A DNA stretch of 32,000 nt from Mucisphaera calidilacus (GCF_007748075.1 NZ_CP036280.1:990001-1022000); one strand, 5' to 3'. Shown: positions 1-8,919, counted from the first letter of the stretch. A program made the numbers and translations. Notes: generated by a model not told the origin, from the letters alone.

Positions 1-924
1 GCCACTCAGGCACGTGTTAGGCGGTCCATGGATGACCTCGGCTATCGGCCCGACCGCGTCGCCCAGAGCCTTTCCTCCACCTACACGCGGCTGCTCGCCG
101 TGATGATCCCTCCGCTGAGTCACGCTTTCGCGGACACCTACTTCGGCGAGATCATTTCGGGCATCTACGACCGGGCGGCGCGCCTCGGCCACAAGATCAT
201 CATCGAGCAGGCCAAGCCCAAGTTCATCGAGTCGGGGCAGCACCTTGAGCTCGTTGAGCGTCGATTCGTCGACGGGCTGCTCTGCCTGGGCTTCATCGAG
301 AATTACGAGTTCATGCACGACCTGGTCGAGCGTGGGCAGCCCGTACTCTCGGTGAACTCTCACTTCGTTGATCTCGAAGTTGACTCCGTCGTCTGTGATT
401 ACACCGCCGGTGCCGAGCAGGCGATGAATTGCCTCCGGCAGCTCGGGCACAAGAAAGTCGGGATGATCATCGGCGGCAGCAAGGGTGTCACCACGCAGGA
501 CATCATGGCCGTCTTCAAAGCCAACACGGAGGAGTTGGGGACTTACGACCCCAGCCTCATCGTCGACGGCCGATACTCCGAGACCGGCGGCGCCGAGGCG
601 GCGCGGCAGCTGATCGACAAGCATCCCGACGTCAGCGCGGTCTTCTGTTCGAATGACAAGATGGCGATGGGTGCCATGCACTACATGCACCAGTCCGGCC
701 GAAAGGTCCCCGAGGACATCTCCGTGGTTGGTTTCGACAACCTCTACGTCTCGCAGTTTCTCAACCCGCCGCTGACCACCGTGCACCTGCCGCTCTACGA
801 CCTGGGCGATCTCGCCTGCGAACGCATTATTCAGCGTATCCGCGGGCGTCGCGAAGCCGTCTCCGAGTTGCTACCGACGCACCTCATCCTCCGTGAATCC
901 ACGGCCATCGCACCCGGACGATGA
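1..924 (+). CDS. LacI/GalR-family transcriptional regulator, 5'-truncated by the window edge; effector-binding domain complete
   Basis: Frame 1 is open from nt 1 (ATQARVRRSMDDLGYRPDRVAQSLS, the end of the LacI HTH/hinge). A periplasmic-binding-protein-like core follows (VDGLLCLG, FCSNDKMAMGAMHYMHQSGRKVPEDISVVGFDN, TTVHLP). Stop TGA at 922-924. Confidence 0.9.
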   Translation, partial: ATQARVRRSMDDLGYRPDRVAQSLSSTYTRLLAVMIPPLSHAFADTYFGEIISGIYDRAARLGHKIIIEQAKPKFIESGQHLELVERRFVDGLLCLGFIENYEFMHDLVERGQPVLSVNSHFVDLEVDSVVCDYTAGAEQAMNCLRQLGHKKVGMIIGGSKGVTTQDIMAVFKANTEELGTYDPSLIVDGRYSETGGAEAARQLIDKHPDVSAVFCSNDKMAMGAMHYMHQSGRKVPEDISVVGFDNLYVSQFLNPPLTTVHLPLYDLGDLACERIIQRIRGRREAVSELLPTHLILRESTAIAPGR

Positions 925-3820
925 CCCGGATTCGAGCACGCACGCACACACGATTCACCCTGGAAGGGCCTCGAGTTTGAACCCCTCACCTCAAGGCAGC
1001 AAGACGGTGCCCCTGTGGCCGCCTCTGTTAATCCTCACCAGCCTGACCCTCGTCGTTGGTGCCCTCATCTTCTATCTGGCGCCGACGCCCGCCTCGCCTC
1101 GGGCCCAGACGAGTTGGGATCAACTCGAAATCCGCTACGCCGACAGCGAGGGGCGGGCACACATCCATGCCCTGCGCACCGACGAGCACGCGGACCCCAC
1201 GCTGCGTTTCGCAGTCATCGATCATCTCGATGATCCCGTAAAGGTGACCGTCGCCGTGCCCGGCGAAGAGGGCCGGCCGCTGGCACAACTGGACATCACG
1301 CCGCGTCATCATCAGGCGGCGATCGTCGCCGATCCCGCCAGCCAGACCGTGCGCCAACGCGATGGCCTCTGGAGAGCCTTCCACTGGCAGCCCGAACCCG
1401 AGGACGCCGAGCACATCCGAGCCGTCCACCTGGCCGGTTCTTTCAACGGCTGGTCCGCCAACGAACACCCGATGACACGCCAGCCCGACGGTAGGTGGTG
1501 GACCTGCCTCCGCCTGCCCCCGGGCACCCATTACTACAAGTTCGTGCTCACGACGCCCGACGCGCAGTTGTGGATCTACGATCCTAACGGCGATCCTGAT
1601 CTTGCCGAATCGGACGGCCACGGGGGACAGAACGCCGCCTTCATACTCGGCCCGGACCCCCGCAAACTGCCGCCCGCGCGCGCCGACAACATCGAGCCAA
1701 GAGGCGTTTACTTCGATGCCGAGTCACGCTCCGATCTTGCGATCAACAGCACCGGTAAATCCTACGTCAGCATCCGGACGCAGCCGGGCGACGTCAGCAG
1801 CGTGAGGCTGCGGACGTCCACGGACAACGCGACCTGGGCCGATCAGCCGCTGGAGCGTGTGCATGCCGCGGGGCACTTCGACCGCTTCGCCGGATTCGTT
1901 GACATGGACCCGGGCACCTCGAGCTATTACTTCGAGCTGCGCGACGGCAGCGCGCGACGATTCCTCGCCGGCGGCAACGTTCTCGACAGCGAGCAGGAGG
2001 CTCGGCAAACGCCCTTCAAGGCTCCTGAGTCTCCCGTCGTGAACACGCCCGACTGGGCACGCGATGTTGTCTGGTACCAGATCTTTCCCGAACGCTTCCG
2101 CAACGGCGAGACCGCCAACGACCCCGGCGACCTGCCTTTCGAGACCCTGCTCCCCTGGACCAGCGACTGGTGGAAGACGCATGAGAACGAGGTCGCGGGC
2201 GACGAGAACTTCTACCACGGGCACGGCAACGTGTGGCGTCGACGCTATGGCGGAGATATCCAGGGCGTCCAGGAAAAGCTCAACTACCTCCGTGAGCTCG
2301 GCGTCACAGCGATCTACTTCAACCCCGTGTTCGAAGCGCTCTCGATGCACAAGTATGACGCCAGCGACTTCCGTCACATCGACACGCGTTTCGGTGTGCT
2401 CGGCGACTGGCCCGTTCCCACCGAGACGGATGACCCTCAGACATGGGTGTGGACGGGTTCGGACCGGGTTTTCCTGGATTTTCTCGCGGAAGCTAAGAAA
2501 CAGGGCTTCCGTGTCATCATCGACGGCGTGTTCAATCACGTGGGTCGCGTACACCCCGCTTTTCTGGATGTTCTTGAGCGGGGGAAGAACTCGCCTTACG
2601 CCGAGTGGTTTGAGATCACCGATTGGGGCGACCCCGACCTCTGGGGACACCCTCAGCCCTTCGTCGTCCACGGGCGTGAGGGCGGCATCCAGTGGAAGGC
2701 CTGGGACGACGACAACGGGTTTCTCCCCGAACTCAAGCGTGATCCTGATCTGGGCATCGCGGCTGCGCCTCGTGACCATGTCTTCGCCATCACCGAGCGG
2801 TGGCTTGCGCCGGACGGCAACCCGGATCATGGCATTGACGGCTGGCGACTCGACGTCGCCAACGAGGTTCCCATGACCTTCTGGCGTGCGTGGCGAAAGC
2901 ATGTCAAGGCCGTCAAGCCCGACGCCTACATCGCCGGTGAGATCTGGACCGACGCCTCGCCCTGGCTCCAGGGCGATCAGTTCGATGCGGTCATGAACTA
3001 CCGCTTCGCCGACGCGGCTCAGGACTTCTTCGCCGATCAGGAGAACGCCATCACGCCTTCGGCCTTCGCACAGAAACTCCTCGAAGTGGCTCTGATGTAT
3101 CCCGCCGAGGTCGCTGCCGTGCAGATGAACCTCTTCGACTCCCACGACACCGACCGTCTCGCCTCCATGTTCCGTAATCCCGATCGAGCCTACGACGGCG
3201 ACAATCGGTTGCAGGACGACGCGGACTACGACCCGGGACCGCCTACGGATGAGGAATACCAGCGGCTCATTCAGGCCGTCACCTGCCAGATGACCTATCT
3301 CGGCGCTCCCATGATTTACTACGGCAACGAGGTCGGCATGTATAGCCCCGACGATCCGTCCAACCGCATGCCTATGTGGTGGGAAGACCTGATGCCTTAT
3401 GAGAATCCCGACTTCGTGATACGCGAGGACGTATTCGCTGCGCACCAGCGACTCATCGCCATCCGCCACGCCCTGCTCCCGCTCCGGCGCGGCGATTTCC
3501 GCATCCAATCAACCAACGATGAGGCCGGCACCCTTGTCTACGAGCGTCGTCTCGATGATCACCAGGTCGTCGTTGCCATCAACCGCAGCGATCAGCCACG
3601 CCGTGTCACCGTACGACTCGACGAGAACAAGGCTGCCGTTGACTGGCTCAACCCCGCCCACGCCCGATTGTTGGTCGACCTCGACGCGGCTCCGGACGCA
3701 CGGCCCGAGATCGTCGCCACCGCACGCATCGGGCTGCGAGGTACCATCGACATCGATCTTGAACCGTGGGGCAGCGCCATCCTTGCCCCGCCGCCCGCCC
3801 GGGAGACCGACCGGCCATGA
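893..3820 (+). CDS. Membrane-anchored GH13 alpha-glucan hydrolase (neopullulanase/cyclomaltodextrinase-like) with an N-terminal CBM48-type domain
   Basis: All four GH13 signature regions are present: DGVFNHVG (2522-2545), GWRLDVANE (2840-2866, nucleophile Asp 2852-2854), AGEIW (Glu 2939-2941), FDSHDTDR (3134-). A CBM48-like VHLAGSFNGWS...GTHYYKFVL starts at 1424. WYQIFPERFRNGETANDP is typical of the neopullulanase subfamily. There is one N-terminal TM helix (LLILTSLTLVVGALIFYLA). The start is uncertain: GTG 893 is the longest ORF and overlaps the lacI 3' end; TTG 977 (preceded by GGAAGGG) and GTG 1007 are alternatives. Confidence 0.9.
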   Translation: MNPRPSHPDDDPDSSTHAHTIHPGRASSLNPSPQGSKTVPLWPPLLILTSLTLVVGALIFYLAPTPASPRAQTSWDQLEIRYADSEGRAHIHALRTDEHADPTLRFAVIDHLDDPVKVTVAVPGEEGRPLAQLDITPRHHQAAIVADPASQTVRQRDGLWRAFHWQPEPEDAEHIRAVHLAGSFNGWSANEHPMTRQPDGRWWTCLRLPPGTHYYKFVLTTPDAQLWIYDPNGDPDLAESDGHGGQNAAFILGPDPRKLPPARADNIEPRGVYFDAESRSDLAINSTGKSYVSIRTQPGDVSSVRLRTSTDNATWADQPLERVHAAGHFDRFAGFVDMDPGTSSYYFELRDGSARRFLAGGNVLDSEQEARQTPFKAPESPVVNTPDWARDVVWYQIFPERFRNGETANDPGDLPFETLLPWTSDWWKTHENEVAGDENFYHGHGNVWRRRYGGDIQGVQEKLNYLRELGVTAIYFNPVFEALSMHKYDASDFRHIDTRFGVLGDWPVPTETDDPQTWVWTGSDRVFLDFLAEAKKQGFRVIIDGVFNHVGRVHPAFLDVLERGKNSPYAEWFEITDWGDPDLWGHPQPFVVHGREGGIQWKAWDDDNGFLPELKRDPDLGIAAAPRDHVFAITERWLAPDGNPDHGIDGWRLDVANEVPMTFWRAWRKHVKAVKPDAYIAGEIWTDASPWLQGDQFDAVMNYRFADAAQDFFADQENAITPSAFAQKLLEVALMYPAEVAAVQMNLFDSHDTDRLASMFRNPDRAYDGDNRLQDDADYDPGPPTDEEYQRLIQAVTCQMTYLGAPMIYYGNEVGMYSPDDPSNRMPMWWEDLMPYENPDFVIREDVFAAHQRLIAIRHALLPLRRGDFRIQSTNDEAGTLVYERRLDDHQVVVAINRSDQPRRVTVRLDENKAAVDWLNPAHARLLVDLDAAPDARPEIVATARIGLRGTIDIDLEPWGSAILAPPPARETDRP

Positions 3821-6228
3821 AACTCTCAGACGTTCCCCGCTGGCTCCTTGCGATCTGCGCTGCGCTGATCATCATCTGGTCGTTCGTCGATGTGGGGGCG
3901 CGGACATGGCGTCTCTGGGCCGATCGGCTCGCCGACCCGCGCCCCGTCCTGACGGTTCTCCACTGGGGCGACAACGCCGAGATCGACATCGTTCAGTCCA
4001 CCATCGACGCGTTCGAGGAAAAACACCCCGAGATTCGTGTTCAGCGGCTTCACGCTTCTGATTACGACTCGAAGCTCAAGACGATGCTCGCCGCGGGCAC
4101 ACCCCCCGACCTGTTTTATCTGCGCTACGAGGACCTGCCCGACTTCGCCCAGACCCAGATGCTGCTCGATCTGGAGCCTTACATCGCCAGGGATCGTGAG
4201 GAAGGGCAGGCCGAGTGGGTCGACGACGTATTCCCGATCCTGCTCAATGCCTATCGCTGGAACGACGAGCAGAGACTCGCCGGTTCGGGAACGCTGTACG
4301 GGATACCCAAGGACTTCACGCCGCTGCTGATGTACGCCAACCTCGACCTGTTCAACGAGGCGGGCGTCGAGGTGCCTTATGACGGCTGGACGTGGACCGA
4401 GTTCCGCGAGGCGATGCGTAAGATCGCTGCGCTCGGCGACCCCGATGATCCCAACCGCCGCGTCTACGGCGGCATCATCAAGACGTGGCCCTCGGTCATC
4501 CGCACGTTCTTCTGGAACTTCGACGGCGAATACTTCGGCGGGCCCGAGGGCAACGAGTTCTCCAACGTGGCTCTCGACGAGCCGGGCGCCCAGGAAACCC
4601 TCGACTTCATCCGCACGCTCCGGATGGAGGACAAGTCGATTTTCAACGCGACGGGGCTCTCGCAGGACGAGGACGATTTGTTCCGGCGCGGACGCATCGG
4701 GATCATCGCTCCGGTTGGACGCTGGTACACGCCACGCTTCCGACAGATCGATGAGTTCGACTGGGACGTTATCCCGATCCCGCACAAGGAGGGAGTCGAG
4801 CCCACGACCGGCATCGCCACCGTCGCATGGTCGATCGCATCGCAGTCGAAGCATCCCGAAGCGGCCTACACGCTGCTCAAGTTCCTCTGCGCCGCCGAGG
4901 GACAGCAGATGATTGCCGAACAGGGCCTCGCCGTTCCCTCGCGCATGAGTGTCGCGTACTCCGACGACTTCCTCGCACCGGGTCTGCGTCCGAAGAATGC
5001 CGAGCTCTACCTCGAGCTGGCGGAAACAGCGCGTCTCGCCCAGGTCCCCACGAATAACCGCTTCGATCAGATCCTCGACACGGAACTCGCCAAGACGCTG
5101 CGCCTGAACGAACTCACGCCCGCCGAGGCGGCCGCAGAAATCGAAAGACAATGGCTGGCCGAACTAGCCTCGCCGCTGCAGACCAAGGAATACCCGCTGA
5201 TGCCCTGGCGGACACTCGCCATCGTCGCGGGTGTCATTCTTGTCATCGCCGTCACGGCAGGGGCGTATCTGGCGCGCAGGCAGCAACTGGGGGCCATTGA
5301 TCGGGCCCAGGAACGCACCGGCTTCGCCTTCATCTCACCCTGGCTTCTGGGCTTCGTGGTCTTCCTGCTGGGCCCGCTGATGGTCTCGCTGCTGCTGAGC
5401 CTGACGAGTTGGTCGGCGATGGCCCCGCTCAGCGCCGCACGCTTCGTCGGTTTCGACAACTACGTGCACCTGTTCACCTACGACGAGCAGGTCTGGCAGG
5501 CGCTCTGGGTCACTTTCTACTACACCGTCCTCGCCGTGCCCATCGTCCAGACCGCCGCCATTCTCGTTGCCGTCATGATGAACGCGCGCGTCCCGGGCAT
5601 CGCCTTCTTCCGCACCGCCTACTTTGTGCCCTCGGTCGTGACGGGTGTCGCGCTGGTGACGCTGTGGATCACGATCTTCAACAACGATCAGGGCCTGCTC
5701 AACATGGTGCTGCGTAATCTGCTCGCGCCTTTCAACACCCTGCTCGGCACCACGCTCGAGCCGCCCGACTGGTTCGGCGTCGACGGCGCGGTCTTCGCCA
5801 TGCCCGCGCTCGTGCTGATGACGCTCTGGGGCGTCGGCGGCGGGATGATCATCTACCTCGCCGGGCTCAAGAACATCCCCGACTCGCTCTACGAGGCGGC
5901 ACGCATCGACGGCGCCAACGCCATTAGCCAGTTCATCAACATCACGATCCCGATGCTCTCGCCGCTGATCTTCTTCAACGTGATCATGGGGATCATCGGG
6001 TCGTTCCAGGTCTTCACGCAGGCCTATGTCATCCGCGGGTCGACGGGCGGGACCGACGAAAACCTGCTCTTCTACGTGCTCTATCTCTACGACCACGCGT
6101 TCCGGAACCACAACATGGGTTACGCCTCGGCGCTCGCGTGGGTGTTGTTCCTGATTGTTCTCGTTTTCACTCTCTTCATCTTCCGCGGCTCCCGTGGCAT
6201 GGTGCATTACGAAGGGCTCAAGTCATGA
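3817..6228 (+). CDS. Sugar ABC importer: family-1 extracellular solute-binding domain fused to a MalF/UgpA-type permease (803 aa)
   Basis: ATG 3817 overlaps the GH13 stop (ATGA 3817-3820), with GGGAGA 10 nt upstream. Order of elements: signal-anchor WLLAICAALIIIWSF; SBP motifs LTVLHWGD...FEEKHPEIRV...AAGTPPDLFYL; second TM LAIVAGVILVIAVTAGAYLA (5215-5274); then a 6-TM permease with EAA loop EAARIDGANAISQFINITIPMLSP. Confidence 0.85.
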   Translation: MKLSDVPRWLLAICAALIIIWSFVDVGARTWRLWADRLADPRPVLTVLHWGDNAEIDIVQSTIDAFEEKHPEIRVQRLHASDYDSKLKTMLAAGTPPDLFYLRYEDLPDFAQTQMLLDLEPYIARDREEGQAEWVDDVFPILLNAYRWNDEQRLAGSGTLYGIPKDFTPLLMYANLDLFNEAGVEVPYDGWTWTEFREAMRKIAALGDPDDPNRRVYGGIIKTWPSVIRTFFWNFDGEYFGGPEGNEFSNVALDEPGAQETLDFIRTLRMEDKSIFNATGLSQDEDDLFRRGRIGIIAPVGRWYTPRFRQIDEFDWDVIPIPHKEGVEPTTGIATVAWSIASQSKHPEAAYTLLKFLCAAEGQQMIAEQGLAVPSRMSVAYSDDFLAPGLRPKNAELYLELAETARLAQVPTNNRFDQILDTELAKTLRLNELTPAEAAAEIERQWLAELASPLQTKEYPLMPWRTLAIVAGVILVIAVTAGAYLARRQQLGAIDRAQERTGFAFISPWLLGFVVFLLGPLMVSLLLSLTSWSAMAPLSAARFVGFDNYVHLFTYDEQVWQALWVTFYYTVLAVPIVQTAAILVAVMMNARVPGIAFFRTAYFVPSVVTGVALVTLWITIFNNDQGLLNMVLRNLLAPFNTLLGTTLEPPDWFGVDGAVFAMPALVLMTLWGVGGGMIIYLAGLKNIPDSLYEAARIDGANAISQFINITIPMLSPLIFFNVIMGIIGSFQVFTQAYVIRGSTGGTDENLLFYVLYLYDHAFRNHNMGYASALAWVLFLIVLVFTLFIFRGSRGMVHYEGLKS

Positions 6229-7115
6229 GCGCCAACCCCACCACACCCACCACCCTGACCTACAAGCCGGCGCGATTCAGGCACTGGAGCTCCGTCGGCA
6301 CCTACCTGCTCCTGCTCGCCGGCGCGATCCTGCTGCTGATCCCCTTCTTCTGGATGGTCTCGAACTCGCTCAAGACCGATCAGGAGATCGCGAACATCGG
6401 CCAACTCCTGCCCGCGGTGCCGATCTGGGACAACTATCCCGACGCGCTCGAACGCATGGGCCTCGACAGCTCACGCTGGGCCTTCCCCGCGCTCTCCAAC
6501 ACGGTGGTGATCACCACGCTGAGCGTCTTCGGGTCGGTGCTCTCGTCCTCGCTGGTCGGCTTCGGCTTTGCTCGCTTCCGGTTCCGCGGGCGAGACCCGC
6601 TGTTCATGGTGATGCTGGCGACGATGATGCTCCCGCCTCAGGTCACGATGATCCCGGTCTTCCTGCTCTTCCGGCAGTTCGGCTGGATCGACACCATGCT
6701 CCCGCTGGTGATCCCGGCTTTCTTCGGGCAGCCGTTTTTCATCTTCATGTTCCGGCAGTTCTTCCTCCAACTCCCCGAGGAGCTACTGGAGGCGGCGCGG
6801 ATCGACGGTGCCTCGCCGTTGGGCATCTACTGGCGGATCATGCTCCCGCTGAGCTGGCCGGTGATCGCGATCGTGGCGATCTACACGTTCATGTTTGTCT
6901 GGAACGACTTCATGAACCCCCTGATCTACCTCAACTCGCCCGAGAACCGGACGCTGGCCCTCGAACTCAACAGCTTCAACGGCCAGTATGGCGTCGAGCG
7001 GCGCGAGTTGCTGATGGCCGCCTCCTTCATGACCATGCTGCCCTGCGTGCTGCTGTTCTTCGCGGCCCAGCGGTACTTCGTCGGCAACGCGGCGGCATCG
7101 GGTGTGAAGGGCTGA
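6225..7115 (+). CDS. Sugar ABC transporter permease (MalG/UgpE-type)
   Basis: ATG 6225 overlaps the upstream stop (ATGA 6225-6228). EAA loop EAARIDGASPLGIYWRIMLPLSWP and the C-terminal WNDFMNPLIYL motif are typical of CUT1 second permeases. Confidence 0.9.
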   Translation: MSANPTTPTTLTYKPARFRHWSSVGTYLLLLAGAILLLIPFFWMVSNSLKTDQEIANIGQLLPAVPIWDNYPDALERMGLDSSRWAFPALSNTVVITTLSVFGSVLSSSLVGFGFARFRFRGRDPLFMVMLATMMLPPQVTMIPVFLLFRQFGWIDTMLPLVIPAFFGQPFFIFMFRQFFLQLPEELLEAARIDGASPLGIYWRIMLPLSWPVIAIVAIYTFMFVWNDFMNPLIYLNSPENRTLALELNSFNGQYGVERRELLMAASFMTMLPCVLLFFAAQRYFVGNAAASGVKG

Positions 7116-7325
7116 GGCCACCACCACGCTCAGAGCGCATCGACAGTCTGCAGGGTTGATCGATACACCTGTCAACCAACGGGACAGGTCTGCTGATACG
7201 TGCTCCATCCCTGTTCAGTCAGTGTGGCCGAGGGTGATCGGTCACCTCATGAAGACGGTGTTGAGCCAGCGGTTCCGCCGCTGAGGTTGAGGGGGAGGGC
7301 GATCCCATGGGTGCATAAGGCCATG

Positions 7326-7351
7326 AAAAAACGCCCGGCGTGTGCCGGGCG
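7326..7351 (-). terminator. Rho-independent terminator for the DUF1559 gene
   Basis: Stem cgcccggc (7332-7339) / gccgggcg (7344-7351) with a 4-nt loop. An A6 run at 7326-7331 gives a U-tract when read on the minus strand. It lies 28 nt past the stop at 7379-7381. Confidence 0.75.
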
Positions 7352-7378
7352 CTGAGGAGGATGTGTGATGCTGGAATG

Positions 7379-8398
7379 TCAGTTCCGGATGCTCAGCGGT
7401 GTGATAAACACCTTATCCGCGCCCTTGGGGTTTACCGACTCCGCATGACCATCCACAAAGAAGGTGTTCATGCTGTCGCCATGTCGCCCATCAATGCCTG
7501 AAAGGCGTGTGCCCTCGTCTTGGCCTGCAACGGGCAGTTTCATTCGCAGTCGATAGTCCGCAAAGTGACCGGCCAGGGTGCCGCGGAGTGATAGATCATC
7601 GACAACGCTATGGTTGTTGGACGTGATGAAAAGTGTGTCACTGCGCAGGTGCCATGCGCCACCTTGAGCGGGCTGAACATTGGTATCTTCATCACTGGGG
7701 CGATTGCCGAGGTCCGCGTAGAGCATGGTCTGCGATGGCTTGGTGACCTTGCCCTGATTGCCTCCGACCGGCTTCGCATCGCTAATGCTCTCACCCGCGT
7801 AGGGATTGATGGTGGTGGACGCGAAGATGAAGTTGCCGCTAGGGGTATCGAGCGAGCAGACGTCGATGTTCACGCCGTATGAGAGCGGAAGGAAACCGTC
7901 GGGGATGCCGCTGCCCGACGTTGTGTTGAGCATGGTCAGATAGCCGGGATTATCGGTGTCGAGGGAAGGGTCGGACGGGCATTTGAAGACTTCGGGATTG
8001 TTCTGCCTAAATTGCGAAGAGTCGCCTTGATCCCAGAAGGTGTCGTTCTCACCGCCTCCGAGGTAGGGGATCAGTGCAGAGGCGAAATCTTTGAGTTTCT
8101 TACCGCCTGCTTGATCAGAGCGGTAAGCAAAACGCGGGTCGCCAGGAAACTCGGCCTGAATCCATTGATCTTCCGTGGTGACGGGGAAGGTGTCGCGATG
8201 GTCAAGTGCGAAGACGTTGGCGGCAACATTCATCTGCCGCCCGTTGGAGAGGCAGGATGCGTTGCGAGCAACACGCCGTGCGGCCCCAAGTGCAGGCAGG
8301 AGGATGCCGATCAGCAGAGCGATGATCGAGATAACGACCAGCAGCTCGATCAGCGTGAAACCGTGGTATTTCTTAGTGGTCAGTGCGGTGGCGATCAT
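7379..8398 (-). CDS. Prepilin-type N-terminal cleavage/methylation domain protein, DUF1559 / H-X9-DG family
   Basis: N-terminus KKYHGFTLIELLVVISIIALLIGILLPAL is a class III (pilin-like) signal. The C-terminal HGDSMNTFFVDGH fits H-X9-DG exactly. SD GAGGAG lies 8 nt upstream of ATG 8398. Confidence 0.9.
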   Translation of the reverse strand: MIATALTTKKYHGFTLIELLVVISIIALLIGILLPALGAARRVARNASCLSNGRQMNVAANVFALDHRDTFPVTTEDQWIQAEFPGDPRFAYRSDQAGGKKLKDFASALIPYLGGGENDTFWDQGDSSQFRQNNPEVFKCPSDPSLDTDNPGYLTMLNTTSGSGIPDGFLPLSYGVNIDVCSLDTPSGNFIFASTTINPYAGESISDAKPVGGNQGKVTKPSQTMLYADLGNRPSDEDTNVQPAQGGAWHLRSDTLFITSNNHSVVDDLSLRGTLAGHFADYRLRMKLPVAGQDEGTRLSGIDGRHGDSMNTFFVDGHAESVNPKGADKVFITPLSIRN

Positions 8399-8919
8399 CG
8401 ATGAAGCTCCTCGATCGTGAATCAGGTCATGGAGTGGGTTAAACGTTTCAACCTAAATCCGAGTTCAAATCAGCCTTTGTTCATCACTCGGCTGAAATCG
8501 GGTGGATACCAGACAGATGGCAGGAACCGAATCAGAGTCCGAAAAGGCAATCCAGAGGCGTGTGGACCCTCGCCTGACCTCATAAGGATAGGCCAACGGG
8601 CAACCGCGTCAACCCAAACCCATCGATAAAATCCCTAAATGCGGCATAAAAACAGGATAAGCCCGCCCAGATTAACCCGAATCGGGGTCTGCTCTCTGGG
8701 TAAAGCGGGCGTTGTACAAAAGAAGGATGATTTTCGATCAACGCTCTTGCTTAATCGGTTCACTGCTGTTATCCTTTTCATAGGTCCAAGAGCTTCAACC
8801 CTTCAAAGCGTTCTGGACCGTCAACTGAATTGTTTCGTGTCAACGATGTGCCTGACACGGTTTCTGAATCGTCATCTTGTTTCGTTTACACGGCTCTTTT
8901 CAACCATCGGAGGTAGACC
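8399..8919. promoter_or_regulatory. AT-rich divergent intergenic control region between the DUF1559 gene (-) and the first PEP-CTERM gene (+)
   Basis: 520 bp without a credible ORF. Hand counts of 60-nt lines give about 43-57% G+C, versus about 60% in the one adjacent coding line I counted. It contains a direct repeat TTGTTTCGT (8830-8838 and 8877-8885, each preceded by CTGAAT at 8825 and 8864), an inverted repeat CGTGTCA/TGACACG (8836-8842 / 8853-8859), and SD GGAGG at 8909-8913. Confidence 0.5.

Noticed and set aside
1724-3508. 594-aa antisense ORF opposite the GH13 gene; smaller ORFs at 1028-1621(-) and 2064-2876(+) are the same kind of thing
   Set aside because: These are typical high-GC shadow ORFs. 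The translations are Arg/Gly/Val/Ala-rich with no motifs, while the sense frame carries all four GH13 catalytic signatures.
3826-6207. Long antisense ORFs 3826-5151(-) and 5335-6207(-) opposite the SBP::permease gene
   Set aside because: Shadow ORFs. The translations are low-complexity (R/E/D/G/V) with no start context, and the sense strand has clear SBP and permease motifs.
3817-6228. Possibility that the SBP::permease fusion is merely a sequencing or assembly frameshift joining two genes
   Set aside because: I cannot exclude this without reads, but I did not favour it. The junction encodes a dedicated extra TM helix plus a positive-inside loop, which makes the topology work. That is not expected from an accidental join.
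6155-7159. 334-aa alternative-frame ORF on the + strand overlapping the second permease
   Set aside because: The translation is Arg/Pro/Ala-rich with no TM pattern. The 6225-7115 frame gives a canonical MalG-type permease.
7167-7189. Hairpin acctgtc-N9-gacaggt downstream of the ABC operon as a possible terminator
   Set aside because: The stem is only 7 bp with a 9-nt loop and no following T-run. It is too weak to call.
8437-8452. LacI/PurR-operator-like palindrome around an AAACGTTT core (8441-8448), 40-55 nt upstream of the DUF1559 start
   Set aside because: Only 6 of 8 symmetric pairs match. An 8-nt palindrome is expected by chance about twice in 520 bp. No similar site lies near the lacI/GH13 operon in this window.
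8461-8471. GAGTTCAAATC resembling a tRNA T-loop
   Set aside because: The flanking bases cannot form a T-stem, and no acceptor or anticodon arms can be drawn around it.
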